Source: Mustelus asterias (lineage: Eukaryota). From it: 64,000 nt of DNA. Below, one piece after another: positions 63,395 to 64,000 of this stretch (its first letter is position 1; every line of letters begins with the position of its first letter). The DNA is taken from NCBI RefSeq assembly GCF_964213995.1, contig NC_135813.1, positions 79,174,001-79,238,000 on the forward strand. Direction: 5' to 3'. The notes below the pieces were generated by a model. It was not told where the DNA came from, searched no databases, and saw only the letters and a program-made list of their open reading frames with translations. The position numbers were made by a program, and so were the translations under genes.

Positions 63395-63795
63395 AGGAAA
63401 TGTACATTACAGTTCTCCTTGGAGAAAGGAAGGTTAGGAGATTTGATAGAGGTGTTTACCATCATGAGGGGTCTAGACAAAGTACATAGGGAGAAACTAT
63501 TCCCAGTGGTGGAAGGATGGAGAATCAGAAAATACCAATTTCAGGGTGAATGGCAAAAGAAGCAATGGTGACATGAGGAAAAACATCTTTATGCAATATG
63601 GGATCTGGAAAATAGTGCCTGAGAATTTCGTAGGGCAGATTCGATTTTAGTTTTCAAAACAGAATTGAATCATTATCTGAAGAGAGAAAAGTTGCAGGGC
63701 AATGGCAAAAAAACAGGGGACTGGGACTAGGTGAATTGCTCTTGCAGAGAGCCAGCACAGACATACTGGACTGAATGGCTGCCTCCTGTGTTATT
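63395..63795 (+). mobile_element. CR1 LINE 3' fragment
   Basis: LEKGR..DLIEVFTIMRGLDKVHREKLFP and tail GGACTGAATGGCTGCCTCCTGTG. Confidence 0.7.
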
Positions 63796-64000
63796 ATTCA
63801 ATAAGTCCAACAGCTAAAACACCGCACAACCTGTAAGTAGCTAAAATAACCATGCGGAAGATGGAGATATTATGAAAATAAACACTGCATCAACTTATGT
63901 CAAGAAATCCAAGCCCTCTTGATGATAGAAATCTACAAAACTATGTATGAAGGGGTCAAGAGGGTGCCTGGCTCAAACATCACCACCAAAGCTGCCTCTG

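Overview
Vertebrate genomic DNA, almost certainly an elasmobranch (shark), judged from its repeat families: HE1-type tRNA SINEs, CR1/L2/Tx1/Rex LINEs, Penelope-like palindromic elements and Harbinger. The main gene is a complete 14-exon ZCCHC8 (NEXT complex scaffold) on the + strand, CDS 6470-29717. Hand-splicing gives 2190 nt / 729 aa, with two minor-spliceosome (U12-type) introns: intron 1 AT-AC and intron 6 GT-AG. Head-to-head with it on the - strand are the first three coding exons (121 aa) of a gene I cannot name; its N-terminus resembles a BRO-N DNA-binding domain. Downstream, a CpG-island promoter and non-coding first exon (~42390-42539, +) is probably CLIP1 by synteny only. It is directly abutted by a ~1.1 kb 20-bp minisatellite. 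The rest of the window is mostly transposon-rich intron. Other notable signals are two intact-looking minimal hammerhead ribozyme motifs in Penelope-like repeats, two U2 snRNA 5' fragments, and a tRNA-headed LINE next to its apparent SINE derivative. Most ORF-track entries are spurious. All calls were made by eye; no database searches were run, and repeat boundaries are approximate.
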